In this document: one piece after another, positions 7,398 through 16,191 of the stretch
Layout of the letters: each line of letters begins with the position of its first letter
Position numbering within the stretch: the first letter of the stretch is position 1
NCBI RefSeq assembly: GCF_000020025.1
Contig: NC_010631.1
Location: 30,001 to 62,000 of the forward strand
DNA: 32,000 bases
Source of the DNA: Nostoc punctiforme PCC 73102
GTDB lineage: Bacteria > Cyanobacteriota > Cyanobacteriia > Cyanobacteriales > Nostocaceae
Direction of reading: 5' to 3'
Program-made: the position numbers and the translations under genes
The notes under the pieces: generated by a model
The model's input: only the letters and a program-made list of their open reading frames with translations
Database searches by the model: none
Told to the model about the DNA's origin: nothing

Positions 7398-10300
7398 ATG
7401 CTGACAGCTGCTAACGTTTCTTCAGAGATGGCGGTGAACTACTTCGTCAAAAACTACTACCACCAAGGGAAGTCGCTTTGGAGTGGTCAAGGTGCTTTAA
7501 AATTGGGTTTGTCAGGGGCAATCGATGATGAAGAAGCTTTTAAAAATGTGATCTCAGGGCGTTCACCCCAGGGTCGTGAGCAATTAAATGCCAGGGCCTT
7601 GAAGCCCGACGAACGCAGAGCCGCATTAGACTGTACATTTTCTGCGCCCAAAAGTGTAAGCTTGATGGCCTTGGTGGGCGGGGATACTCGTTTGATTGAT
7701 GCTCACCATCAGGCGCTAAAAGAAACTCTGGAGCTAATAGAGCAGCGTTATGCCTATACCAGAGTGACAGATAATAGCGGCAGACATAGAGTTAAGACTG
7801 GTAACTTGGTCGTCGCGCAGTTCGATCACATCGAAAGTCGGGATTTAGACCCACATCTGCACACCCATTGTTTGCTGATGAACATGACCCAAACTCCAGA
7901 TGGTAGGTGGTTAAGTTTGGGTAATAACGAGATATTCGCCAATAAGAAATTCTTGGGGATGGCATACCAAAGCTCTCTGGCGCGTGAGGTGCAGAAGCTT
8001 GGCTACGAGATAGAAAAGAGCAAACATGGGCAATTTGATATAAAGGGCTTTAAATTCGAGGATTTAGAGGCATTTTCTAAACGCCGACAGCAAATCATCG
8101 CCTCATTTAGTGCTAATTCGACTTGGGCAGAACGTGAGAAAATCTGGGATAATACTCGCCAGCGCAAGCAAAAACTACCAGAATCAGAGTTACTTGCATT
8201 CTGGAAAGAAGAAGCTGCGGCATTAGGGATTAGGTTTGTTAAGGCAGGTGAACCAAGGCAGGAGATACCAGCCAATGAGAAAAGTTTGGCAGAGGTTTTG
8301 GATTTAGCGATCGCACATTGCAGTGAGAGAAATGTCGCTTTTAGACAAGAGGATTTAGAAAAATTCATCCTAGAAGAACGTTTAGCTACGGATATAGCAG
8401 CAACAGCAGCCCTGATTAGAGAGCATCAGGAGTTAATCGCTTTACCAGGATTGACTGACCAATTTACGACGATGACAGCAGTGCGACGGGAACTGGCAAC
8501 GATTGACTTAATGCAGCAGGGTCAATATAAATTTTGCTCCATTTCCCAAAGAGAAGTAGTCGAAAGCCACTTAGAGAACACCTTACTAAATACCGGACAG
8601 CGCCAAGCAGTAGAATTAGCTGCAACAACATCTGACCAGTTCATTGCATGGCAGGGGGTAGCTGGCGCTGGCAAGACTTTTGCCCTCAAAGAGTTGAAGG
8701 CGATCGCTTTTAATGCCGGATATACCATCAAAGGCTTTGCCCCCAGTTCCTCTGCTGCTAAGGTTTTGAGCGAAGAGTTAGAAATTCAGTCTGAAACTAT
8801 TGCTAGATTACTTGTGACTGAACCAAAAGAAATTGAACCAAATCAAATCTGGGTTGTGGATGAAGCGGGTTTACTCAGTGCAAAAGATGCTCATGCACTT
8901 TTACAAAGAGCAACCTTACTTCAAGCTAGGGTAATTTTAGTTGGTGACACTCGGCAGTTGTCAGCAGTAGAAGCCGGTAATCCCTTCAAATCGTTGCAAC
9001 AGGCAGGAATTAAAACCGCACACCTCAATGAATCGTTGCGTCAGAAAAACCCGCAGCTAAAATTAGCAGTAAATTTGATTGCTGATGGCAGGATTGAAGC
9101 AGGATTTGAACGACTAGAAGCCAACGGTTCCATACTTCAAGTAGATAGTTTTTCCAAAATAGAGCAGATCGCCAATGATTATATAGTAGGGACACCAGAG
9201 CAACGACTCAAAACTCTTGTGTTAGCTGGAACAAATACAGAAAGACTTGCCCTTACCCAAGCGATTCGAGACAAGCTCAAGGGTGAAGGGACTTTGGGAG
9301 AAACTGCAACCATCACCCAATTGCAAACCAAAAATCTGACAAAAGTACAGATGCGGTTTGCCCATAACTTTGAAATTGGTGATGTGATCATGCCCACACG
9401 GGATTACAAACGCCGGGGGCTTTCTAAAGGCAAATTATATGAAGTGGTAGGTCGAACTACTGACAAGTTGACACTAAGAAGTGATGATGGACAGCATTTA
9501 GAAGTAGATACAGCATTTGACAAGGCAGTTTACCAGAGGCACCAGATTGAAATTGCTGTGGGCGATCGCTTGCAATGGAAGAAAAACGATCGGCAATTGG
9601 GACGACGCAACGGGCAAGAATTTACTGTGACAGGAATCGACCTGAACATAGTCCACATTAAATATGCTGATGAGCGTACTGAACGCATTAGTTTGGCACA
9701 GACGCAAAACTTAGACTATGCCCTTGTGAGTACAACATATAGTAGTCAGGGGAAAACTGCGGATCAGGTGTTAATTTCGGCAGATTTCACTATTGGACAG
9801 GAAAGTTTTTATGTTGCTGCCAGCCGTGCAAGGCATGAATTAAAAATTTACACCGAAGATCCAACGCGATTGGTAGAGTTAGCGCAACAGTCGAAAGCCA
9901 AAGATAATGCTTTGGAATTGCTACGAAAACAAATTCAGAAATCGACGATTGAGCAGCACCAAGCAATAACTATAAATATAAGTGCCCCTTTTGAGAAGCC
10001 AGTACTAAAACAAGAGACGACAGTATCTACTCCAAATGTCCAGCCAATTGTGAAATCAGTCGCATCTAGCCGGACAACAAGCCATGATTCATCAATAAAA
10101 GTACCGAAAGTCTTGCCCGTCTTGAAAGAGATACCAAACTATAATACTGTTGAATCGGTTTTCTCCAAGCCAGTACTGAAATCTGCTGCCCCAACAGAAG
10201 CATTTTGGACACCACATCAAAGTAAAGACATTCCCAATTTTCTTGAACCAAAGCACTGGCAAGAGTTTGAAGATAGCGCTATCCATCCTGATATTGCGGC

Positions 10301-13300
10301 AAAAAATTTTGAAAGTCTTCAATTCAACTATGCAGGTGGTGAGCATGAGTCTTGGGAAAGACTCATGGTTAGTGAAAAACTTAATCGTACAAATACCGGG
10401 AGGTTAACGGAGGGATTAATCAGAACATATTCTCATCTTGATGCTGGAGGATGGTGGTGTGATGCTGGAGTTGATCCGCGAACATTTGCTGATTTAACCC
10501 CAGGTGATAAACCAACTCTTAAACGATGGGGATGCTACAAGCCAAATCAACCAAGACCCAAAAAAGATGAGAATAATCAAATAATTGAAGGGAAATTCAT
10601 CAAATATGAGCATCCTCCCAAGGTTGAATTAAGCATTTTCCTGCTTAATGTCCCTGACGATATTGCCGAACGCATTTACTCCAAACACAAGGCGAATCCC
10701 AGTGATAGCGATCGCCAGTCAGGATTTTGGTATTGTGTATGGAAACATAATATCCCCTGTGCAATCGCAGAAGGAGCTAAAAAAGCAGCCAGTCTGTTGA
10801 GTCAGGGTCATGCTGCCATTGGGCTACCTGGGATTTCGGCGGGATACCGAACTCCCAAAGATGAGTTTGGCAAGAAAATTGGCAAGTCTTACCTGCATGA
10901 AGAGTTAGCAATTTTTGCCACACCTTCTCGAGAAATCAAATTCTGCTTTGACTATGAAACCAAGCCTAAAACGAAGCTCAATATTGAGAGGGATATTTCC
11001 GTAACTGGAAGATTGTTGCAGAAGCTTGGAGCTAGGGTCAAGGTCGTCAGCTTGCCAGGGCCTTCTAAAGGTGTTGACGATTTCATAGTCGCAAGTGGGC
11101 CACTGGCTTACGAAAAATTGAGCCATGAAGCAATGAAGTTAAGGGACTGGCAACAGCACAATCAACACTCAAAAGTTGCTGCAATAGAACCACCCAAACT
11201 TCAGCTTAAAGAAAGTTCTTTACAACAAACCTCACCAAATCAACCAATAGGACAAACCCATGACAACCAACAACAACCCAACCCAGATACAGTTATTAAC
11301 CGAGAAGATAGAGGAATTATTAACCTCTCACGGGAAACTGAACAAGAATTTCGAGCAGTTAGAAATCAAGAACTCTCAACTCACCGAAAAAATTCAGAGC
11401 TTAGAGGTAGCCCAGCAACAGAGGTTGAGCGACTTCTTACAGCAGTTAGCCGAGACATTGAATGCCAAGAAGTCCTCGAACTTAGAGCCATTAGTACAAG
11501 AATTAACCCAAGCTCTACAGATGATTGGCTTCGAGGTCAACGAGCAACGAACTTCTCAAGACAAGTTAACCCAGAAGATTCAGCAATTATTGACGGCGCA
11601 GCAAGTGATGTCAGTTTTGAACAAAATGGAAACGCCAAACGACCAACTACCGAACAACTCTTAAACGCAATTACTGAGAATATTCAACAGTCAATAGTTG
11701 ATGATGCCTTGGTTGAAACGTTACCACAATTAACAGAACAACTGTACGGGTATCAGCAGCACCTAAGAAGAGCTAGAACCAGATTAGATGACTTTGGAGC
11801 AGTGATTGCTTCAATTGAGCAACAAATTTCATCAAAAAGAACAGTGGATGTAATCTCTGACTTTATTGAACAGTCAGTAGTTGAGTCCACCCTAATAACT
11901 TTGTTGCCACAATTGGTAGAGCAACTCTCTCAAGTCAGTCAGCAATTAGCTCACAAAACAGCTATTGCTCAACAGTCAGAACTTTCAAGTTCACAAAAAA
12001 CTGTTTGGGCAATTGCTGAAAATATTGAATACTTGGCTGTCTCCTCTGCCCTCACTGAAGCTTTACCACTGTTAATAAAACAACTCTCTCCCTTGAGACA
12101 GCAGCAAAAAGGAGTCAGAAGTAGATTTGACGATTTAGAAGCAGTCATTACTCAAATTGAGCAACGACTTTCATCACAAAGAGCTATAGACGCAATTACT
12201 CAAAATGTTGAATACTCGGCTGTCTCCTCTGCCCTCACTGGAACATTACCGCAACTAATAAAACAATTTTCTCCTTTGAGACAGCAGCTAAAAAAAGGTA
12301 TTGCCACATTCGACAAAATATTTACAGCAATTGAGCCATTATCACAACGCCTTGATTTACAAAAAACTATCGATATAATTGCTGAGGATATTGAACAGTT
12401 GGCTGTAGAGTCTGCTTTAAGTGAAACGTTACCACAACTAATAGAGCAACTCTCTCAACATCACCAGCATATCTCAGGAAGGATAACTAAATTCGACGAC
12501 CTAGAAACAGCAATTTCTCAATCTGAGCAGCACCTTTCAACAAAAAAAACTGTCTTATCAGTTCTTGAAAACATAGAACAGTCATTAGTTGAGTCTGCCC
12601 TAGCTGAAACTTTGCCACGGTTAATAGAACAACTTTCTAAAACTTGCCAACAGCAAAAAGCTCTTAAACCCGCATTTGATAAAATATCTACAAGAATTGA
12701 GCATGAAATACAATATCTTTCTTCACAAAGGACTGTAGACGCAATTGCTCAAAATATAGAACAGTCATTAGTTGAATCCATTATTACTGAAACGTTACCA
12801 CAACTAATAGAACAACTTTCTAAAACTTGCCAGCAGCATAAGGGAAGAACCACCTTTGAGGGCTTAGGAGTAGCTATTACTCAAATTGAACAACGGCTTG
12901 ATTCACAAAAAACTGTAGATCCAATTATTGAAAATATCGAATACTCGGCTGTTGAGTCTGCCCTCATTGAAACTTTACCACAATTAATAGAACAACTCTC
13001 TCAATATCACCAGCAGCTAAAAGGAGGAAAAACTAGATTCCACGGCTTAGAAGCAGCTATTACTCAAATTGAACAACGACTTGATTCACAAAGAACTATC
13101 TTATCAATTGCTCAAAGTATAGAACAGTCATTAGTTGAGTCCATCATTACTGAAACCTTACCACAACTAATAAAACAACTTTCTCAATTCAGCCAGCAGC
13201 TAAAAGTAGGAAAAACCACATTCAACCAGTTTCAGCAACTACTGGATAATGAATTCGTAGGGTATTTGACCCAAAAAACTCGAACTTCAGAACACTTAGC

Positions 13301-13826
13301 TCTTAATGCTATTTCTGACTACGTTGCTCAAGAAACTGTTGCAAGTTATGAGACTGTATCAGCGCTCTCAAAACTGAAAGAATTGCTAGGGGTGAGCCAA
13401 TCTCAAACTTATACCGAATTTACTACTGCTTTACAAAAGATACTTGACTTGACTGAAAAATGGGGACATCATCAAAATCATTCTCAAGGAAACGTTCAAT
13501 CCCTCTCAATAGAAGTAGAAACTGAGTTATTAAAAGAGTCAGTTAAATCACACATTAAACAAATAATTCACGGTTTAGATATTGAAAGATTGGCTGCTTT
13601 AGTTATGGAAGTAGGAAAATATGTCAAAGGTGAAAAGGTAACAGGAGCAAAGGTCAGCGAGTTATTTACGAGTGTTACAACTGATGCCAAAGCTTTGACT
13701 TTTGAGCAAAAAATGAACATTGTTAGGCAACTCATTAAAGATGACAAACCATCGATTATGAAAAGATTGGGAATCAACTCGCCATCGCCAAATGACAACG
13801 AGGAGCATCTACGGTTCCGGCGCTAA
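7398..13826 (+). CDS. MOBF (TrwC/TraI-type) relaxase - SF1 (RecD-like) helicase - Toprim-like domain - tandem-repeat C-terminal region
   Basis: 2142-aa ORF with GAGGTGAG 4 nt before the ATG. Relaxase motifs: AVNYFVKNYYHQG..WSGQGALKLGLSG, DCTFSAPKSVS, FDHIESRDLDPHLHTHCLLMN. Helicase motifs: GVAGAGKT, VVDEAGLL, LVGDTRQLSAVEAGNPF, TYSSQGKTAD, YVAASRAR. Toprim-like: CAIAEGAKKAASLLSQGHAAIGLPG (about 10760-10840) and GVDDFIV (about 11070-11090). Confidence 0.92.
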   Translation: MLTAANVSSEMAVNYFVKNYYHQGKSLWSGQGALKLGLSGAIDDEEAFKNVISGRSPQGREQLNARALKPDERRAALDCTFSAPKSVSLMALVGGDTRLIDAHHQALKETLELIEQRYAYTRVTDNSGRHRVKTGNLVVAQFDHIESRDLDPHLHTHCLLMNMTQTPDGRWLSLGNNEIFANKKFLGMAYQSSLAREVQKLGYEIEKSKHGQFDIKGFKFEDLEAFSKRRQQIIASFSANSTWAEREKIWDNTRQRKQKLPESELLAFWKEEAAALGIRFVKAGEPRQEIPANEKSLAEVLDLAIAHCSERNVAFRQEDLEKFILEERLATDIAATAALIREHQELIALPGLTDQFTTMTAVRRELATIDLMQQGQYKFCSISQREVVESHLENTLLNTGQRQAVELAATTSDQFIAWQGVAGAGKTFALKELKAIAFNAGYTIKGFAPSSSAAKVLSEELEIQSETIARLLVTEPKEIEPNQIWVVDEAGLLSAKDAHALLQRATLLQARVILVGDTRQLSAVEAGNPFKSLQQAGIKTAHLNESLRQKNPQLKLAVNLIADGRIEAGFERLEANGSILQVDSFSKIEQIANDYIVGTPEQRLKTLVLAGTNTERLALTQAIRDKLKGEGTLGETATITQLQTKNLTKVQMRFAHNFEIGDVIMPTRDYKRRGLSKGKLYEVVGRTTDKLTLRSDDGQHLEVDTAFDKAVYQRHQIEIAVGDRLQWKKNDRQLGRRNGQEFTVTGIDLNIVHIKYADERTERISLAQTQNLDYALVSTTYSSQGKTADQVLISADFTIGQESFYVAASRARHELKIYTEDPTRLVELAQQSKAKDNALELLRKQIQKSTIEQHQAITINISAPFEKPVLKQETTVSTPNVQPIVKSVASSRTTSHDSSIKVPKVLPVLKEIPNYNTVESVFSKPVLKSAAPTEAFWTPHQSKDIPNFLEPKHWQEFEDSAIHPDIAAKNFESLQFNYAGGEHESWERLMVSEKLNRTNTGRLTEGLIRTYSHLDAGGWWCDAGVDPRTFADLTPGDKPTLKRWGCYKPNQPRPKKDENNQIIEGKFIKYEHPPKVELSIFLLNVPDDIAERIYSKHKANPSDSDRQSGFWYCVWKHNIPCAIAEGAKKAASLLSQGHAAIGLPGISAGYRTPKDEFGKKIGKSYLHEELAIFATPSREIKFCFDYETKPKTKLNIERDISVTGRLLQKLGARVKVVSLPGPSKGVDDFIVASGPLAYEKLSHEAMKLRDWQQHNQHSKVAAIEPPKLQLKESSLQQTSPNQPIGQTHDNQQQPNPDTVINREDRGIINLSRETEQEFRAVRNQELSTHRKNSELRGSPATEVERLLTAVSRDIECQEVLELRAISTRINPSSTDDWLRGQRATNFSRQVNPEDSAIIDGAASDVSFEQNGNAKRPTTEQLLNAITENIQQSIVDDALVETLPQLTEQLYGYQQHLRRARTRLDDFGAVIASIEQQISSKRTVDVISDFIEQSVVESTLITLLPQLVEQLSQVSQQLAHKTAIAQQSELSSSQKTVWAIAENIEYLAVSSALTEALPLLIKQLSPLRQQQKGVRSRFDDLEAVITQIEQRLSSQRAIDAITQNVEYSAVSSALTGTLPQLIKQFSPLRQQLKKGIATFDKIFTAIEPLSQRLDLQKTIDIIAEDIEQLAVESALSETLPQLIEQLSQHHQHISGRITKFDDLETAISQSEQHLSTKKTVLSVLENIEQSLVESALAETLPRLIEQLSKTCQQQKALKPAFDKISTRIEHEIQYLSSQRTVDAIAQNIEQSLVESIITETLPQLIEQLSKTCQQHKGRTTFEGLGVAITQIEQRLDSQKTVDPIIENIEYSAVESALIETLPQLIEQLSQYHQQLKGGKTRFHGLEAAITQIEQRLDSQRTILSIAQSIEQSLVESIITETLPQLIKQLSQFSQQLKVGKTTFNQFQQLLDNEFVGYLTQKTRTSEHLALNAISDYVAQETVASYETVSALSKLKELLGVSQSQTYTEFTTALQKILDLTEKWGHHQNHSQGNVQSLSIEVETELLKESVKSHIKQIIHGLDIERLAALVMEVGKYVKGEKVTGAKVSELFTSVTTDAKALTFEQKMNIVRQLIKDDKPSIMKRLGINSPSPNDNEEHLRFRR
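11650..13330 (+). repeat. about 9-10 in-frame tandem repeats of ~183 bp (61 aa) inside the relaxase gene
   Basis: The block ..ENIEQSLVES(A/I)..ETLPQLIEQLSQ..QQLK...F..LE.AITQIEQRL.SQ(R/K)T.. recurs, with the IE(Q/Y)S core at about 11683, 11865, 12024, 12207, 12393, 12573, 12756, 12936 and 13119. Spacing is 159-186 bp, mostly 180-183. A degenerate copy lies near 13310. Confidence 0.85.
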
Positions 13827-13827
13827 C

Positions 13828-13855
13828 TTATCAGTTATCAATTATCAGGTATCAG
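13828..13855. repeat. heptamer STRR-like tandem repeat (TTATCAG x4) between convergent genes
   Basis: ttatcag ttatcaa ttatcag gtatcag immediately after the relaxase stop. The complement cctgataa occurs at 13891-13898, so a hairpin could form across the convergent gene ends. Confidence 0.5.
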
Positions 13856-13873
13856 ATATTTCCATCAATTCAT

Positions 13874-14737
13874 TCATAGGTTAGTTGTTTCCTGATAACT
13901 GTTCACTGTTTTAATTGGTATTGTTATTCCCACTATTTTAAACTGCTTACCTAAGACAAAATTTACTAGTTTCTGACCGCTCACTAAGATTATTTTGTCG
14001 GAGCGACGAATCAATTGTTTTGATAACTGTCCAGTTATGCCAGTATGCACGAAGAATCCACCATTAGCTCCTTCTCCTTCAATACAGCATACGAAATCTT
14101 TGATGTGTTTTGGGCTAATGTAATCAGCATAACGCTTAACCTGGATTACATAAAGCTTTCCCAAAATCAACACGCGACCATCTATCCCGCCGTCACCGGT
14201 GTACCGAAAGTTGCGTTGAATTTGCCACCCCTGTTTTTTGCAGCAAGTGAGTACCAATTCCTCAAAAACGTAGGGTGATATCCTACGCAGTGTGGCGATT
14301 ACTACTGGCAATTTGGCTAATTGAGTTCTGCTACGAAGCTCAAGTAATACTTGACTAGCGTACTCAATATTATTCAAGTGTTTTTTAAGCTTTTTAAGTA
14401 ATCTAACCCTTGGTGTTCGCGCTGGGCTTGGTAGTAATTGCTTCTTAAAATTTTTAGATAAGAAAGCCTTTTGGGTTGCTACTGAGCTTTGTCGTACAGG
14501 CTTGTTAAAGTTTTTAGCTAAGAAAGTCTTTTGCGTTGGTGCTGGGCTTTGTCGTACAAAATTTTGAGATGAAATGTCAGACGATTTTGTACTCTTAGGT
14601 AGTAATGGCGATTGCTTAAAACTTTGGGAACGATACTTTGACTTTGGCGTTGAAGGTGGAAATAATACAAACAGCCAAGCTAGAAAAATTATTCCACCCA
14701 GTGCAAACAACAAACCAATGATTAGGATTAGTATCAT
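13874..14737 (-). CDS. membrane-anchored Mrr-type (Mrr_cat, PD-(D/E)xK) restriction endonuclease domain protein
   Basis: 287-aa ORF. It has an N-terminal TM helix (MILILIIGLLFALGGIIFLAWLFVLF) and a basic linker with a 20-aa duplication. The C-terminus reads ISPYVFEELVLTCCKKQGW..YTGDGGIDGRVLILGKLYVIQVKRY, matching the Mrr catalytic-domain pattern (FE.lv, GDgGiDg, QvKry). Confidence 0.7.
   Translation of the reverse strand: MILILIIGLLFALGGIIFLAWLFVLFPPSTPKSKYRSQSFKQSPLLPKSTKSSDISSQNFVRQSPAPTQKTFLAKNFNKPVRQSSVATQKAFLSKNFKKQLLPSPARTPRVRLLKKLKKHLNNIEYASQVLLELRSRTQLAKLPVVIATLRRISPYVFEELVLTCCKKQGWQIQRNFRYTGDGGIDGRVLILGKLYVIQVKRYADYISPKHIKDFVCCIEGEGANGGFFVHTGITGQLSKQLIRRSDKIILVSGQKLVNFVLGKQFKIVGITIPIKTVNSYQETTNL
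14438..14557 (-). repeat. 60-bp tandem duplication within the Mrr-like gene linker
   Basis: Encodes VRQSPAPTQKTFLAKNFNKP / VRQSSVATQKAFLSKNFKKQ (aa 61-80 and 81-100). Confidence 0.7.
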
Positions 14738-14744
14738 TTTTACA

Positions 14745-14933
14745 CTCCCCTTTAATCATGGAACACCATTCCCGGATTTCTCACCACACCTCGAATGGAG
14801 GAGTAATGAGTAGTGAGCAAGGAGTAATGAGTAAGGAGTAAAATTCTTAACTTATTACTCATTACTCATTACTTATTACTTATACGCAAAGCAGCTTGTG
14901 AGAAATGCGGGCATTGCTCCCCTTTAATCATGG
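14745..14933. mobile_element. MITE-like insertion with STRR heptamer hairpin core, flanked by a 17-bp direct repeat
   Basis: CTCCCCTTTAATCATGG occurs at 14745-14761 and 14917-14933. Imperfect terminal inverted repeats, ccattcccggatttctcac (14766-14784) against gtgagaaatgcgggcattg (14898-14916), match at 15 of 19 positions. The core carries GAGTAAT/ATTACTC heptamer arrays in inverted orientation (about 14798-14880). Confidence 0.45.
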
Positions 14934-14934
14934 C

Positions 14935-16191
14935 TTACCTGTGCATATTTCTAAATTGTGATTCTTGTTGAGAATCCTGCTGAATTTGATGATGCATATC
15001 AACAAAAGATTGAACCTTATCAAGTGCCTGTAACTGTTGGTCACTTACGTTAGGTGATAAAACTCCATCAGTGAGAACAGGCTCGCCGTTTTTGGCACGA
15101 ACGATTACATTATCACCAAGGCGTTCAAAATCAAAACTTCTACTTTTAAAACTCTTAGAACCATCAGGGTTATCTTTGCCCAAAATATTAAGCAGGGCTT
15201 TAACACTTTGCTCAATAGCTTGGGATTTGGCATCCTCAACAGCAGCCCGTAGTTCAGTTCGAGTATTATCAATGGCTGACTGAACACCCATAAGGCTTTG
15301 ATCAACCGTGTTTTTAACACTATCTACCTGTGTACGTATCTCTTGAGTTAAGTTACCAACTTGTTGATTGAGTTGATTTCTTACACTGTCAGTCTGATAT
15401 TTAACTTCATCCTGGAAGCTAGTAATTTGTTCATTAATTTGAGATTTAAGTGAAGCAATTTCCTTTCTGAGCTTCGTTACTTCGGGTGTCAGCACATCTT
15501 TAATCCGCTCAAAAACATTCTTAGCAGTTTGTTTTACCTTGTTCTCAACCGTACCCACCCAATTTTGAAGAACCGTATTTTGAACTTGTGGTAAAAACCG
15601 TTCATTTACCTGTGACAATGCTTTTTGGGTGTTTTCAATCAACTGTTGCTGCTTCTCCAAGGATTTACTCATTTCGGCAACTTGAGCAGCTAGTTGTGAT
15701 AAAGATTCGGGTGAAAGCTGTTCTGATTTGATACTATCTACAAGTTTTTGTTGTTCGCTTAGTTTTTTCTGCAATACTTGCACTTGTTTTCCTAAAGCTT
15801 CTACACTGTAGATTCGCTCATTACTTACAACTTTATTTTTCTGTGATGCCGGAGCTAAACCTAATTTGTCAGTCAGTACTTCTCCATTTTTAATATGGAA
15901 TACTTTTTCATTACCAATTTTAATAGAAATTGCCCCTTGAGAATTTTTCGGGTCAGACAGAGCTTTTTTTAAGTTCTCTACTATCGTTGGTGTTAATAAG
16001 TTTTTAGAGGGGGATTCTCCCAATGTTCCTTGATAAACTTTGCTAGAGCTAGAGTAAATATGAACATCCTTGGTGGGATCTAATCCTTTTTCTTTAGCTT
16101 TCGCATGGATGAGTTTCAGGAGAGATTCTAAAATATCTAGATAATCTCGCTTAATTTCATTCGCTTCACCATCTTCAATCATTATTTTCAC
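14935..16191 (-). CDS. hypothetical coiled-coil protein
   Basis: 418-aa ORF with a long Q/E/K-rich heptad-like central region. Related short motifs flank it: KIGNEKVFHIKNGEVLTDKLGL near the N-terminus and RLGDNVIVRAKNGEPVLTDGVL near the C-terminus. Confidence 0.7.
   Translation of the reverse strand: MKIMIEDGEANEIKRDYLDILESLLKLIHAKAKEKGLDPTKDVHIYSSSSKVYQGTLGESPSKNLLTPTIVENLKKALSDPKNSQGAISIKIGNEKVFHIKNGEVLTDKLGLAPASQKNKVVSNERIYSVEALGKQVQVLQKKLSEQQKLVDSIKSEQLSPESLSQLAAQVAEMSKSLEKQQQLIENTQKALSQVNERFLPQVQNTVLQNWVGTVENKVKQTAKNVFERIKDVLTPEVTKLRKEIASLKSQINEQITSFQDEVKYQTDSVRNQLNQQVGNLTQEIRTQVDSVKNTVDQSLMGVQSAIDNTRTELRAAVEDAKSQAIEQSVKALLNILGKDNPDGSKSFKSRSFDFERLGDNVIVRAKNGEPVLTDGVLSPNVSDQQLQALDKVQSFVDMHHQIQQDSQQESQFRNMHR

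Noticed and set aside
6702-7404. 67-aa (6702..6905) and 73-aa (7183..7404) plus-strand ORFs upstream of the relaxase, considered as a possible relaxase accessory (TrwA-like) gene
   Set aside because: The first is read through the TCCCAA iterons. The second has a non-ATG start, no RBS, a Cys/Asn/Arg-rich sequence and an equally long antisense ORF (7192..7383). The region is better explained as regulatory/oriT DNA.
11260-11664. 134-aa ORF in an alternative plus frame inside the relaxase gene
   Set aside because: It is fully embedded in the 2142-aa ORF, which is continuous and motif-rich. It has no RBS, and its Q/L/E-rich composition reflects the main frame's codon content.
6981-13330. Possibility that the repeat arrays (10-bp iterons; 183-bp repeats) represent a CRISPR array
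   Set aside because: The iterons are contiguous 10-mers with no spacers. The 183-bp units are in-frame coding repeats. No 25-40-bp repeat/spacer alternation occurs anywhere in the window.
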